Shown piece after piece: positions 26,946 through 38,220 of a DNA stretch of 64,000 nucleotides. The notes under the pieces were generated by a model. It saw only the letters and a program-made list of their open reading frames with translations. It ran no database searches and was not told where the DNA came from. The position numbers were made by a program, and so were the translations under genes. Numbering within the stretch: the stretch's first letter is position 1; each line of letters begins with the position of its first letter. The stretch comes from Trypanosoma brucei (taxonomy: Eukaryota), in contig CP000070.1 of NCBI GenBank assembly GCA_000002445.1, positions 480,001 through 544,000 of the forward strand. Reading direction: 5' to 3'.

Positions 26946-29404
26946 TAAATCAAATAGTAAAATGAAGGGAATGATGTGTACACACTATCAAGCAACACAT
27001 ATATACAGTTCATGAATATCATAAACTAACAGAACAAATTATAACCCCTCCTTACAGTTAAACCCCTTAACAACCCCTTGCATATATTGAATAGTGATGT
27101 TCAATCAATTAAATATTCTGTATGAAAGCATGAGTAATAAGATTTTTAGATATGAGAGATAACAAACACGAAATCCTAAGTGAAGAATACTACTATTTCA
27201 TATAATATAATATGTATGCATATAGTATAATATGTCATACTTTTTGAAATAATAAACAATAGTATTAATAATGAGATAAACAGAATTTACAATAATAGAT
27301 TATACATTGCACACGTAATAATGAGGACAACGTATGTCACAAAGGTTCTTAATTATAACATCGAAAGAACATTAACTCAAAGCATCAGCAAACATGCAGA
27401 TACAAACTGTTATTCATTATAACATCTTGGCTCCATTTCACAGCATAGACGACAATGTTTGAGTGTAAACCGTAACATACAAAACCCAACACAAATATCT
27501 TCTGTACTGTCAAATATTGGGATGGTATCTCATCTCATTATTAAACACTTTCAACATTATCTTGTTGTCTCCTTGTTTGGGAACTCTCATCTTTGACACT
27601 AAGGAATATGTGAAGATATTAAGATCATTTATTTTTTTATTTCCTAGTTGCATTTGCAATTGTTCACGTATTCTTTCAGTACACGCAAAAAAATTGAAAG
27701 TTTAAGGAAAATTGAATTATGAGAATAAGGAAACAAAGGATAAATTTTCTGTGAACAATAAAATATTATATAATATCTTAAATCTTCTGCAGTGATTCAC
27801 CACATGTGGAAAATATATGCAATAGTTACATAACACTGACAACACTGAATAAAGGAATATATTCAATATACTCAATATAGTCAATATATTTAATGCAAAT
27901 ATTACATGGAATATAAGAAGTGTAAGGAATCAAAGGAATATAAAAAATAAAATGTAATGGAGAATGATGGAAACTTAAGATACATCTATGTGAGCATAGC
28001 GTTGTGTGAGTAGAAATCATGTGCATATTTTATCTTAATCTTTCCCTATATTGTACTCACTCACTCGTAAAACTTAATCATGGAAATAAAGTTTAGGGAA
28101 TAGTAAAGTTGTTCTTCCACTCGCGTCAAGACACAAATACATGCTTTCTGTCATTGGAAATCATGTGTCTTTATTAAATTGTAGTATCCAATAATGAAAA
28201 AGAAGTACTCTATTACTATATCACTCATCATTTCCTACATCCCTAAATATATCGCATATTGTCACTATACATATTCTTTTTCTTTTTCATATACCATACA
28301 ACAATCATATATTATTTACTTCCTTTCTTTAAACTGATGTCGTAATGTTCCTTTTGGAAGATACAAATAAATAATTGAACAAATATTAACACAAGAGTAA
28401 TGATAGAAGAAAAGAATTACCTTAAGGAAACTACATGGAACTTCCATTATATAAGATACTACACTTCATATAAGGGGGAAATACGTAACAGTGGTTGTAT
28501 CTTTTATTTGTCCTCAGTGTATCGGCAATCCTTCAGTAGACACTGCTTTGCAACTGATTTCTTTTATGGATTAAGTTAGTCAGCAGTGTTGAGACAGGTT
28601 CCCCCGCATGAGGAGTGAAGGGACAAAACAATATTCCTACCTTCTAACCTATTGAACAAGAATGTCTCAAACAATATCATTTGTCCCTATTTATTTCTGC
28701 AGATGCAAATGCTATTGATGGGTGAGATACATCTAAACAGCAACGGATATAACTATACTCATACAGTGTTTCTTTGATTTCTTCTCGTCACCACAGTTGT
28801 GTTGGGTTACAAATATATACACAGCACTCCACTTTGTGGCTATAAGTCTCTTTAATATTTGAATGAAATCCTGCTTATCGCTACTGCAATATTTCACACT
28901 CTGTGAGGGACACTGATATTTGCTTCTTTCGTCCATTTCATATTTTGATAGTTATGTAAATATCTTATGTGCAATCCATCTCCTTTCCAAAATAAATAAA
29001 AAGAAAGATAAAAGCATAAGCAATTATCGACATAAAAACTGGAATGAGTCTCTCGGTTACACGTCGCACGCTTCTAACATATAGACACGCTGCATGTAAC
29101 CTATTTTTGTAGTTTCATGCATGTGTCAGTATGATAAAATGAAAATAGTCTCATGTTTCTCCTTGTGCTTTTGTATTGCATAAACTACTGGACTCGTCAT
29201 CTCTTCCACCTATTCATCACACAGGAGTTATTCACTTGCTTTACATGTAGCATATAGTAAAAATACAAAATATCAAATTATTAAATTAATACTTCACTAT
29301 AAGCAATAAAGCTTACTTGATTTTGTTTATTTCATTTATATCTGAGTTGAATTACATATGTTAATGAAATTATTCCACTACTCAAAGATACAAACACTTT
29401 ATTG

Positions 29405-29437
<33 letters not shown>

Positions 29438-30387
29438 ATGGTTTTGAGACACACCACATATCAGTTCTTCAACATTACATATGTGTAAATCCATATTTAC
29501 AAAAGGTACAGCTTTTGAATATCTGCATAATTATTTGAAGTATTATTATCTAATGAAGTGAACAGTAGATGTCACTGAAATGCAAATAGTAATAATCCTC
29601 TGAAAGGCATAAATACTGTTTCATACAATACTCTAAAGTACTGCAGCGCTGTGCCATGAATACTTCCACAGAATATACAACAACTAATGTGCGATAGTTA
29701 GTCATAATGATGCCTTCCATGTGATGAACTCTGCAATACAAATCATACGTTGAACAGAAACTAAAACATTAAATACTAAATATAAATGCATGGGGGAGTG
29801 ATGTAAACTATAAGAGGGGTTATGTACGTCAAGGAAGTTTCATTAGAATACAATAATAGTTTTGAATTTTATTAGACAACTTAAAGCTTAACCACATGTG
29901 TGGAAACAACAATCACTTCACTATAGCATTTGTAGATTAGTGATTGTTACTGAAATAAATGAAAAAAAACAAATGAAGTAAATACGGCAAGCACTGCATC
30001 CCATATTCTGTATTCATCACTGTGTGCTGACGCGTTTGAGTAGCTTTGCCCATTGACAGAAAAAAAAATAATAAATAAATGAAATCTCTTCTTGCATCTT
30101 GTACAAGTGTATTTCAACAAAACAAAGACGTAAAAGAAATTTTATGCTTAATATATTTACTCATTTATTTGAAGGAAAGGTACAATAGCCAAAAACTATA
30201 AAGGTGCATGTGAGTTATACTTCATTGTCAGATAAAGTTAACTTCACAACCCTCCTGAAACACAAAAGGAAAATTAAAAGAATTACAATGAAGAAACAGA
30301 AGGAATACAATATGTTTTTTCCAACCTCTAACATGTTATATGTAAAAGTGACGAAATGGTCTTCACAATATGATGCTACTCATGACC

Positions 30388-32454
30388 TCATTTCCGTGTG
30401 AATGCTGGTGCATCTCGATATTTTCTCTCTTCATGATACGCTATTATAAGCTCTTTCTGTATCTTTTTATCAAATGTTATTTGATACTGGTCAATACCAT
30501 CCCAAAATACTTGTGTTTCCTCAGTTTGTTGCTCAGCATCAGCGGTGTTGTTGTTCACACATCGTTGCCGCGTCTTAATCACACCACCATAAATAGCATT
30601 AACATATATCATCTCCCATGCCATGTTACGAGAAAAGGTATCCCAATCGGAAAAATACCTTGCAATGTTTGTCATAAATTCCTGTAACTCTGAAACACTT
30701 GCTTCTTTCCTGTAATTATCTGTTATTTGAATAAGCACAATAGTCTTTGAGGCAACTCCCAGTTGTGGAAAACCATCCCTCATATCCGCAACCCTTCTAG
30801 AGCAATCTTCCACAAAGAAAAAGCCACCAACAAGGGGCTTACTCTCTTCAAATGACCTGTAGAGCACCTTGTATTCACAGTTTCCAATTGCATTCTGTCC
30901 AGCTTCTGGTAAGAACTTTTGTTCAACAAGTTGAAACTGTTGTGGGGTCATATCTTTCAGGATGCTACGCTTGTCTTCCGTCTCTCCGAGTCTTCGGAGG
31001 TAGTTCAAATGTTTTGTGACCACACAAAAGACTCTAGGAAAGAGAAGTGAAACCAAAGCCCTTGTTTTAAGCGAGTAGGCTCCGACCTTACCGTATCCCA
31101 TCATGAATTCAAGGGATGACATACTTTTCGCAACAGTTGCAAACAGCGTACAGAGTATCATATTCCCAATGGCAACTGATAGAGGTCTACAGTGGTATGA
31201 TTCGAGGTTGCCATATCTGCTCCTCTCCCGTACAATCTTTATTAACGGTTGTGTGAAATCATTACCTTTCCATTCAAAATATTTTCCCATCATCATATCA
31301 TAGCCATCTCGTCTATTACAACTGAGACGGCTTAGATACCTTATTACCTCCAACTCACGACAGTTACCTCGATTACCGAAAACATAACGAGGCAGCGGCC
31401 CCACTACGTCAACACGTCTCTCCACCAACCTCCACTCATCCTCTAGCTCTTCCTTAACCTTCGCACGAGCATTTTCATCGAGAGTCGTATAGTTGGGAAA
31501 TAGGGACAGTTTCTTCCAAGCCACAAACGCCTTAATGTCACGTACGTCATCGCAGTTTAAAATTATCCTTGTTTGTTCCAGGTTCTTCATCCAGTACTTG
31601 TAGCGAACTCCATCTGGGGGTGCGAGGACAGTCACACCCCAAACATTTCTTGGGATCTCATAAGGCAGAGTTTCCTTAGGACTATTAATATCAAAAATAA
31701 TATGCCCTCTTTTTTTCAAACGCATTTCTTCAATAACATTAGTGACGTCTTTTCTCTTGTACAATACAACCCTCCCTTCCTCATTCCCCTTCTTGTTGTA
31801 TATAAGGTAAGCTTTGGCATCCGTGAAATACACAACGACATCAAGCATTCCTTCATGGAAGTGAAGTAGGGAATGAAGTAAAAATGATCCAACTCCACAT
31901 GATTTTCCAATACCAGATATACCAATGACAATGTGTGTTGGTGGTCTCTCTGTCTTTTGCACCCACCATGCATTTAATTTTTGTTGTATTATATACCACA
32001 CACGCATCATTTCACGACGGATGTAGACATTATTGTCCAATATCCCAATTCTCTGATATAAACTAATTAGACCACCTTGAAATCTATCTGAGGGCCAACC
32101 CATCATTGATGTAAGGACAAAGATCTCCAGGCCAGTGGGTCTCTCCTCAAGTTCCGCATCAACTTCACAATGTTCAGGAGTTATATCCACTTCTTCTTCC
32201 GTCCATATGTGTTGTGGTCTTCCAAAGAATACCTTCATACCGAGTGGCTCTTGATTATAACCTGACATCACATAACTCCACTTCGCATAATACAGAGACT
32301 CATATAACTCCTCTTCACGAGATTTCCTTTTTCCAGTTACCGATGGATTCTGCATCTGTCGTCCACCTCGTTCCTGCACTTCACCTTGTGCACGATTAAA
32401 CCGTTCGTTAAACACATTCTGAGTATTTCCCATATTGCCGTTGTTTTGAATCAT
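30388..32454 (-). CDS. Multicopy P-loop NTPase-like protein, copy 6 (688 aa). A chimera of type A and type B cassettes.
   Basis: Intact ORF with ATG at 32452-32454. GISGIGKS (A-like) is followed by YFTDAKAY (B-like), then an A-like FDINSPKETLPYEIP block, then B-like ARAKVKEE...VDVVGPLP. Confidence 0.8.
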   Translation of the reverse strand: MIQNNGNMGNTQNVFNERFNRAQGEVQERGGRQMQNPSVTGKRKSREEELYESLYYAKWSYVMSGYNQEPLGMKVFFGRPQHIWTEEEVDITPEHCEVDAELEERPTGLEIFVLTSMMGWPSDRFQGGLISLYQRIGILDNNVYIRREMMRVWYIIQQKLNAWWVQKTERPPTHIVIGISGIGKSCGVGSFLLHSLLHFHEGMLDVVVYFTDAKAYLIYNKKGNEEGRVVLYKRKDVTNVIEEMRLKKRGHIIFDINSPKETLPYEIPRNVWGVTVLAPPDGVRYKYWMKNLEQTRIILNCDDVRDIKAFVAWKKLSLFPNYTTLDENARAKVKEELEDEWRLVERRVDVVGPLPRYVFGNRGNCRELEVIRYLSRLSCNRRDGYDMMMGKYFEWKGNDFTQPLIKIVRERSRYGNLESYHCRPLSVAIGNMILCTLFATVAKSMSSLEFMMGYGKVGAYSLKTRALVSLLFPRVFCVVTKHLNYLRRLGETEDKRSILKDMTPQQFQLVEQKFLPEAGQNAIGNCEYKVLYRSFEESKPLVGGFFFVEDCSRRVADMRDGFPQLGVASKTIVLIQITDNYRKEASVSELQEFMTNIARYFSDWDTFSRNMAWEMIYVNAIYGGVIKTRQRCVNNNTADAEQQTEETQVFWDGIDQYQITFDKKIQKELIIAYHEERKYRDAPAFTRK

Positions 32455-32512
32455 TCCTATCTCAAAATAATAACTTTAAATAGGTAATATTGTGTTACTT
32501 TCTGAACATATA

Positions 32513-32527
32513 TGTGTGTGTGTGTGT
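32513..32527. repeat. (GT)7 tract upstream of copy 6.
   Basis: Same position in the unit. Confidence 0.85.
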
Positions 32528-33547
32528 TAAATCAAATAGTAAAATGAAGGGAATGATGTGTACACACTATCAAGCAACATATATATACAGTTCATGAATA
32601 TCATAAACTAACAGAACAAATTATAACCCCTCCTTACAGTTAAACCCCTTAACAACCCCTTGCATATATTGAATAGTGATGTTCAATCAATTAAATATTC
32701 TGTATGAAAGCATGAGTAATAAGATTTTTAGATATGAGAGATAACAAACACGAAATCCTAAGTGAAGAATACTACTATTTCATATAATATAATATGTATG
32801 CATATAGTATAATATGTCATACTTTTTGAAATAATAAACAATAGTATTAATAATGAGATAAACAGAATTTACAATAATAGATTATACATTGCACACGTAA
32901 TAATGAGGACAACGTATGTCACAAAGGTTCTTAATTATAACATCGAAAGAACATTAACTCAAAGCATCAGCAAACATGCACATACAAACTGTTATTCATT
33001 ATAACATCTTGGCTCCATCTCACAGCATAGACGACAATGTTTGAGTGTAAACCGTAACATACAAAACCCAACACAAATATCTTCTGTACTGTTAAATATT
33101 GGGATGGTATCTCATCTCATTATTAAACACTTTCAACATTATCTCGTTGTCTCCTTGTTTGGGAACTCTCATCTGTGACACTAAGGAATATGTGAAGATA
33201 CTAAGATCATTTATTTATTTATTTCCTAGTTGCATTTGCAATTGTTCACATATTCTTTCAGTACACGCAAAAAAATTGAAAGTTTAAGGAAAATTGAATT
33301 ATGAGAATGAGGAAACAAAGGATAAATTTTCTGTGAACAATAAAATATTATATAATATCTCAAATCTTCTGCAGTGATTCACCACATGTGGAAAATATAT
33401 GCAATAGTTACATAACACTGACAACACTGAATAAAGGAATATATTCAATATACTCAATATACTCAATATATTTAATGCAAATATTACATGGAATATAAGA
33501 AGTGTAAGGAATCAAAGGAATATAAAAAATAAAATGTAATGGAGAAT

Positions 33548-33734
33548 GATGGAAACTGAAGATACATCTATGTGAGCATAGCGTTGTGTGAGTAGAAATC
33601 ATGTGCATATTTTATCTTAATCTTTCCCTATATTGTACTCACTCACTCGTAAAACTTAATCATGGAAATAAAGTTTAGGGAATAGTAAAGTTGTTCTTCC
33701 ACTCGCATCAAGACACAAATACCTGCTTTCTGTC
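33548..33734. repeat. Partial 7th unit (first 187 bp of the unit), the array edge.
   Basis: Matches unit positions 1-187, then diverges into unique sequence (tttgaatgtgttgattttgg...). Confidence 0.85.
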
Positions 33735-34252
33735 TTTGAATGTGTTGATTTTGGTGTCTGTGTGATAAGGCCTGTTTTCGTAATAGTTTTCGTCGGCGTT
33801 TTATCACTCTGAGAATAAATTTTCTCTACGTAGGTAAAATTTTTTTTTTGTATTTCTAGTTGGTGCTGGAGAAAAATGTTAAAGTGGAGTTCGCAAATTA
33901 TGGGTATTAGGTGGAAATGGTTATGTGTGTGGGGTGAGCATCAGTTAGAGTTTCTTAAAATTAAAGGAATTTTGTGTGTTACCATTCCCAGGAGTGAAAA
34001 ACATACAACGTTTAAAGTTTTTTTTTCTTGATTGTTTGCTTCTCTGACACCGTTCGCGTTGGTAATTTAGCCCTCAGGTGGTGCGGTTGCGGGGTGATCT
34101 TGTCGTTAGGAGGGTTGGTAGGAACAACAGTTTCCACAATGTGCTGTGGAGCACGCAGCTGCGCGGGTAAATTAACACTCCGCCTTCGCTAATCCAATAT
34201 GTACCGTTAGGTTCGTGCTCACCACCAAGGTAATCGACGACGGTTTGGCTGT

Positions 34253-35074
34253 TTAATCGAACATATGGAAGCGAGAAGCCCAATATAATGGGTTGGTTGA
34301 TTGCCTGTCCGTTGGCTCGAGATACTGATAGTGTAACTCTTCTTCGGGGTGGATGCCACCTTCCGCACGCACAGTAACGTAAAAGTGCTCCAACAGCATC
34401 TGGTTTTGTTCACAGTGAAGGAACGGAAAACTTTCTACGGCCACGGTGATGTTTGGATCTTCGCTAGAGTGGTTGATGAGATCGACGAAGGGAACCAGTG
34501 CGGGCCCACCAAATATATCAGCATGTGTGGGGACGTCCACGCATCGACTGCTGCAAATTGCATGGGCTCGCTTCATTGTTTCAATACTAATGGGTACCCC
34601 AACGCTCCGGGCATCGACACAAAGCTGCGTGATAATTTCTGCATTTATTCTTTCAATCGTTCGCAGGTGTCCATACAATTCGGTTCCGAGGGCGTGGTTC
34701 ATACTAATATCATCCGGCCTCTCCACAACAATCCACTCCAAATACTCCCTTAAATCACTAGGACCATGCGACATGTGGATTGCACAGAGAACTGTGGTTA
34801 ACGCACTTTCCCTCGAATACTCTACCCTAACCATGCCCTCAGTTGTGCTATGAGATGAAACAGCTCTCATGAGAGCGGGGCCGTAGTGGATGTGGTTGGA
34901 AATGTTGGGCGCCACACACAAACAGCACGGGACGCTGCAAAGCACTTCACCCGCCTCTATTCCATAACGCCCAGGGCAACAAAATAAACCATGGACGGGT
35001 TTGTCAGGTTTAAGGCGCCTTACCAGTTTGGGATGGGGAACGATACCCATACGCTGAAGGATCTGGCGCCACAT
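34253..35074 (-). CDS. SET-domain-like protein (candidate protein lysine methyltransferase), 273 aa.
   Basis: ATG at 35072-35074. Contains ...PFVDLINHSSEDPNITV..., which resembles the SET NHSxxPN core. A downstream EELHYQY resembles the SET ELxF/YDY motif. No hits were run. Confidence 0.4.
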   Translation of the reverse strand: MWRQILQRMGIVPHPKLVRRLKPDKPVHGLFCCPGRYGIEAGEVLCSVPCCLCVAPNISNHIHYGPALMRAVSSHSTTEGMVRVEYSRESALTTVLCAIHMSHGPSDLREYLEWIVVERPDDISMNHALGTELYGHLRTIERINAEIITQLCVDARSVGVPISIETMKRAHAICSSRCVDVPTHADIFGGPALVPFVDLINHSSEDPNITVAVESFPFLHCEQNQMLLEHFYVTVRAEGGIHPEEELHYQYLEPTDRQSTNPLYWASRFHMFD

Positions 35075-35352
35075 ATGGTGGCCACCACTAAAGGACTAGT
35101 GGACCTTCCGTAGTTGTGAATGAGTAAAAAAAAAAAAGAGGTCAGGGGAAGCATGGCAGATGCATGTAAATGGGTATTCTGAAGCTGGATCCACCTCTCC
35201 TATGGGGAAACCCTGCAGACCTGACGAGCGTGACAACGACAAACCTCCCCCTCGCCGACACAGAAAAAGTTGTCATGTACCCACCGAGACCGCCCAAAGT
35301 TTAACAGTCCATAACATTCAGGCACTTTTCGTTGTATCGGTAAGAAAGAAAA

Positions 35353-37776
35353 CTAACGAGTTTCCCTCTCCCTCCAAGAGGTTATTTTGCTCCAAGGGTT
35401 CTGGAGTTTCCTGAACTCCTTGCCGTCATCTGCAGACGGAATGTAAAACTCAAAGGGTGGTTTAACCGCTTGCAGGTGACGATACGCTTCCCCACGCTTT
35501 GCCTTCTGGACAAAGAACAATCGCAACCGTGGCACACCATTATTTAGACCCCCTTCCTCGCAGACAAATTCACCGGCGAAGTCATGCAGTACTCGCGCAA
35601 TTGTGACGGTATTTGCATGCTCGCCATTCACCACGATAACGTGAGCTGCTACCAATTTGTCTTCCTGACAAATGCGCTCCATGAAAAATAACGGCGAGTG
35701 CTGCTCAGGTGTCGCTATTGCTACGCTTAGCAACGGATCTGGAAGCTTAGTTTTGGGCGTCCTTGTCAGTAGGCATCCACGGCGGGGCTCAGGATCGACA
35801 GACTCAGAATTTATGTGATAGTAGTGGCACATGTTGTGAACGATGGCTCGCTTAGGGGCGGCCATTGCACCCAAACACATGACCCCTTCGCAGCCTACCA
35901 CGAAGGTATGAAGTATCCTTTCAAACTTCCGTATTTGTTCTACATCGGTCAATGCAGCTTCCCAAAGGAAGACGGAGTACTTGATCGGTGGATGCGGCTT
36001 TATACGCTTCGAGAGAATTTCAAGACGCTGCACAGCCAGGCACTCCGCATCGCACTTAATCAAGTAGCGCTGCCCCTGGTGTTCTTTCTTGAACTGAATT
36101 AATTTCCCACACGAAACCTGAACAACTCGACGGCGGCATTCGCAGTGTAGCTCTTCAACCACGATGCAGACCGGGCAGTTTGCCGATCCATGACATTTTG
36201 ACGCACATGCATGACCACAGACATCTTGAATTTTTCCACATGGTTGTCCACAGGGTCGCTGTTCATCAACACACGGTCCGCCGTGACAAAACCGCACACA
36301 CTTGTGACCACAAGATAATTGCTTACCACACTTATACGTGCACGTTGTAGACTCGGCGCTGCAGGGAACGTTTCGCACAATCCGGTGTCCACCGGCGCAA
36401 AGTCGTTCAACTGGAAACATACATGGCGGACAGTCACCGAAGTGACAAATATGACTACCTGTCGGGTGGCCGCATGGCAAAGGAACGCTACATGGTCTAT
36501 TGCATTGTGGTGGCTTAGTTCCGCAAGGCTGCGGGGGCATCAATTCCTCAGCACCGCATCTGCATCGTAGGCGTTCGGAGACTACATTGGGGCATGAGGG
36601 GCACGGACCACGGTGGCACAACTCCATGCAATTGTGGCCACAAGAAAGTTTTTTGTTGCACACTTGCCGGCAACAGTGCGCATCAGCATTATTTCCTTTA
36701 CGTGCGGGACAACACCGCGCGCGACATTGGTGCTTCCCGCAGGAGAGAGCAGCCTTACACACCTTGTTACAACGAAAACTACGCCGCATCAGACAAGGAA
36801 GAGTGGCCTGCGTCTTTCCACACGAACACGTCGCTGCGACCTGCTGCTGGCATGGTTCACAACCTCCCTCGTGGCATTTGGCATCACATTTGTGTTCACC
36901 GCAGTCCAGCCAACGCCCACACACGTTGCCGCAAACTGGCACGGGGTCACTGCACCGCGTCCTGACAACCACCAGAGGTACTGAGCCACAAGGACACGTT
37001 GCTACAACACTAGGGTCAGTCTTGCAAGGAGGACATGTGCCCTCGTGGCACATTCTTTCACAGTGGTGGACCCCACATTTCAATTCCCTGCCACATACCT
37101 TTCCGCAAGAGAAAACGGTGGAGCCGCACCGCATCGGCCTGACCTCCGACCCGCAGTGGCATGACGTGGTGGACTGCTTTGAGCAACCGCGACACGCCCC
37201 GTGGTGGCACTTGTCTGGACATAAGTGCTTTCCACAGGATAACATCTTCCCACAAATTCTATCGCATGTTTTCAACGGGTCCGGTTGACCACACCTCCAT
37301 GTGTACGAGGTGGAGCCACATCCACACGAACCGGGGCCGGATACGGCACTACACGGCACGCAGGGCCCCGGGTGACAAGGCAATGGACAACTATGCGGGC
37401 AGTTGTTGGGGCGAGCCTTTCCGCACGTATCTCCACAGCTATGGGGTGTGATGTGGGGATCATATTTTGGATCTCGCACCTTGCCACAGAAGCAGTAATA
37501 TTTCAGGTCAGACCGCTGCACAACTTGACAGTGTGGGCAACGAAAAGCATTGCCATCCCCACTTGCATCCTCTTTTGCCCATCGCTTTATGCAATAGAGG
37601 TGAAAAATACAGTAGCAATCTCTACACGAGAACACAGCCTTATCATGACGTATTTTGTTTAAGCAGTTGGCGCACTCATACCTTAGCGACTTGAGTTGCT
37701 CAGCGATACCATTGATCCTCTGTACAACCGCATCGTAACTGCTGCCGTCCTGATCGCCTGCAGTTGAACAGTTCAT
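35353..37776 (-). CDS. NF-X1-type zinc-finger protein (807 aa from the first ATG). N-terminal RING/PHD-like Cys/His cluster followed by about 10 tandem Cys-rich NF-X1 fingers.
   Basis: The ORF track starts at GTG 37785. The first ATG is at 37774-37776 (MNCSTAG...). There are repeated C-x-H-x-C-x3-C-H-x-G-x-C modules. The extreme Cys content matches the NFX1 family. Confidence 0.75.
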   Translation of the reverse strand: MNCSTAGDQDGSSYDAVVQRINGIAEQLKSLRYECANCLNKIRHDKAVFSCRDCYCIFHLYCIKRWAKEDASGDGNAFRCPHCQVVQRSDLKYYCFCGKVRDPKYDPHITPHSCGDTCGKARPNNCPHSCPLPCHPGPCVPCSAVSGPGSCGCGSTSYTWRCGQPDPLKTCDRICGKMLSCGKHLCPDKCHHGACRGCSKQSTTSCHCGSEVRPMRCGSTVFSCGKVCGRELKCGVHHCERMCHEGTCPPCKTDPSVVATCPCGSVPLVVVRTRCSDPVPVCGNVCGRWLDCGEHKCDAKCHEGGCEPCQQQVAATCSCGKTQATLPCLMRRSFRCNKVCKAALSCGKHQCRARCCPARKGNNADAHCCRQVCNKKLSCGHNCMELCHRGPCPSCPNVVSERLRCRCGAEELMPPQPCGTKPPQCNRPCSVPLPCGHPTGSHICHFGDCPPCMFPVERLCAGGHRIVRNVPCSAESTTCTYKCGKQLSCGHKCVRFCHGGPCVDEQRPCGQPCGKIQDVCGHACASKCHGSANCPVCIVVEELHCECRRRVVQVSCGKLIQFKKEHQGQRYLIKCDAECLAVQRLEILSKRIKPHPPIKYSVFLWEAALTDVEQIRKFERILHTFVVGCEGVMCLGAMAAPKRAIVHNMCHYYHINSESVDPEPRRGCLLTRTPKTKLPDPLLSVAIATPEQHSPLFFMERICQEDKLVAAHVIVVNGEHANTVTIARVLHDFAGEFVCEEGGLNNGVPRLRLFFVQKAKRGEAYRHLQAVKPPFEFYIPSADDGKEFRKLQNPWSKITSWRERETR

Positions 37777-38220
37777 GCGAGTCACACCCCAGCAAATCTA
37801 AAGAGTAGCGCCGAGTCGCAGTGAAAATGAAGGAAGGAAGGAAAAGAACACTTACACCGCAGGTGAACGGAGAAAGGCATGCTATTTCCCTGCATAACGT
37901 CATCCGGCAAACACTCATGTTGGTTGGGTCTGCCACCTCCTTTTTCCCCTTTTACTCTCTCATCCTCCTGCGTTCGGTGGGTTCACCAAACGGTGGCAGA
38001 AGAAAAAACCGAAGTGACTGCGAAGCTTCACCGAAAATTTCGTGCCAGCGGTTCACAGGTATGTAATCAACCGCAAGTAATGAAACGAAGAGAACGAATA
38101 CAAAAACAAAACAGTCGGTAAAAGCAAACGTATCCTCAAATCCGATACCAAATAAGGCACACCGTACACTGTATTTAGACTCGAATACCACCACCCATCT
38201 ATACCTGAGCTTGCCTCGTC

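Larger units (their letters stand above)
22389..27965. repeat. Array unit 5 (5577 bp)
   Basis: Same phase marker. There is a 9-bp deletion near 22618 relative to other units. Confidence 0.9.
27966..33547. repeat. Array unit 6 (5582 bp)
   Basis: Same phase marker. Confidence 0.9.
1..33734. repeat. Head-to-tail tandem array of a 5.58-5.61 kb unit: 6 complete copies plus a 187-bp partial 7th. Truncated by the window start.
   Basis: The 12-mer gatggaaactta recurs at 1, 5589, 11200, 16803, 22389, 27966 and 33548. Read by eye, several kb of sequence are nearly identical between copies. Homology ends after ...acctgctttctgtc at 33734. Confidence 0.97.

Noticed and set aside
36319-37694. Several + strand ORFs, up to 262 aa, inside the NF-X1 gene.
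   Set aside because: They are antisense to a Cys-codon-rich CDS, and the reverse complement of TGC/TGT-rich DNA gives open His/Ala/Thr/Gln-rich frames. They lie on the opposite strand to the polycistron.
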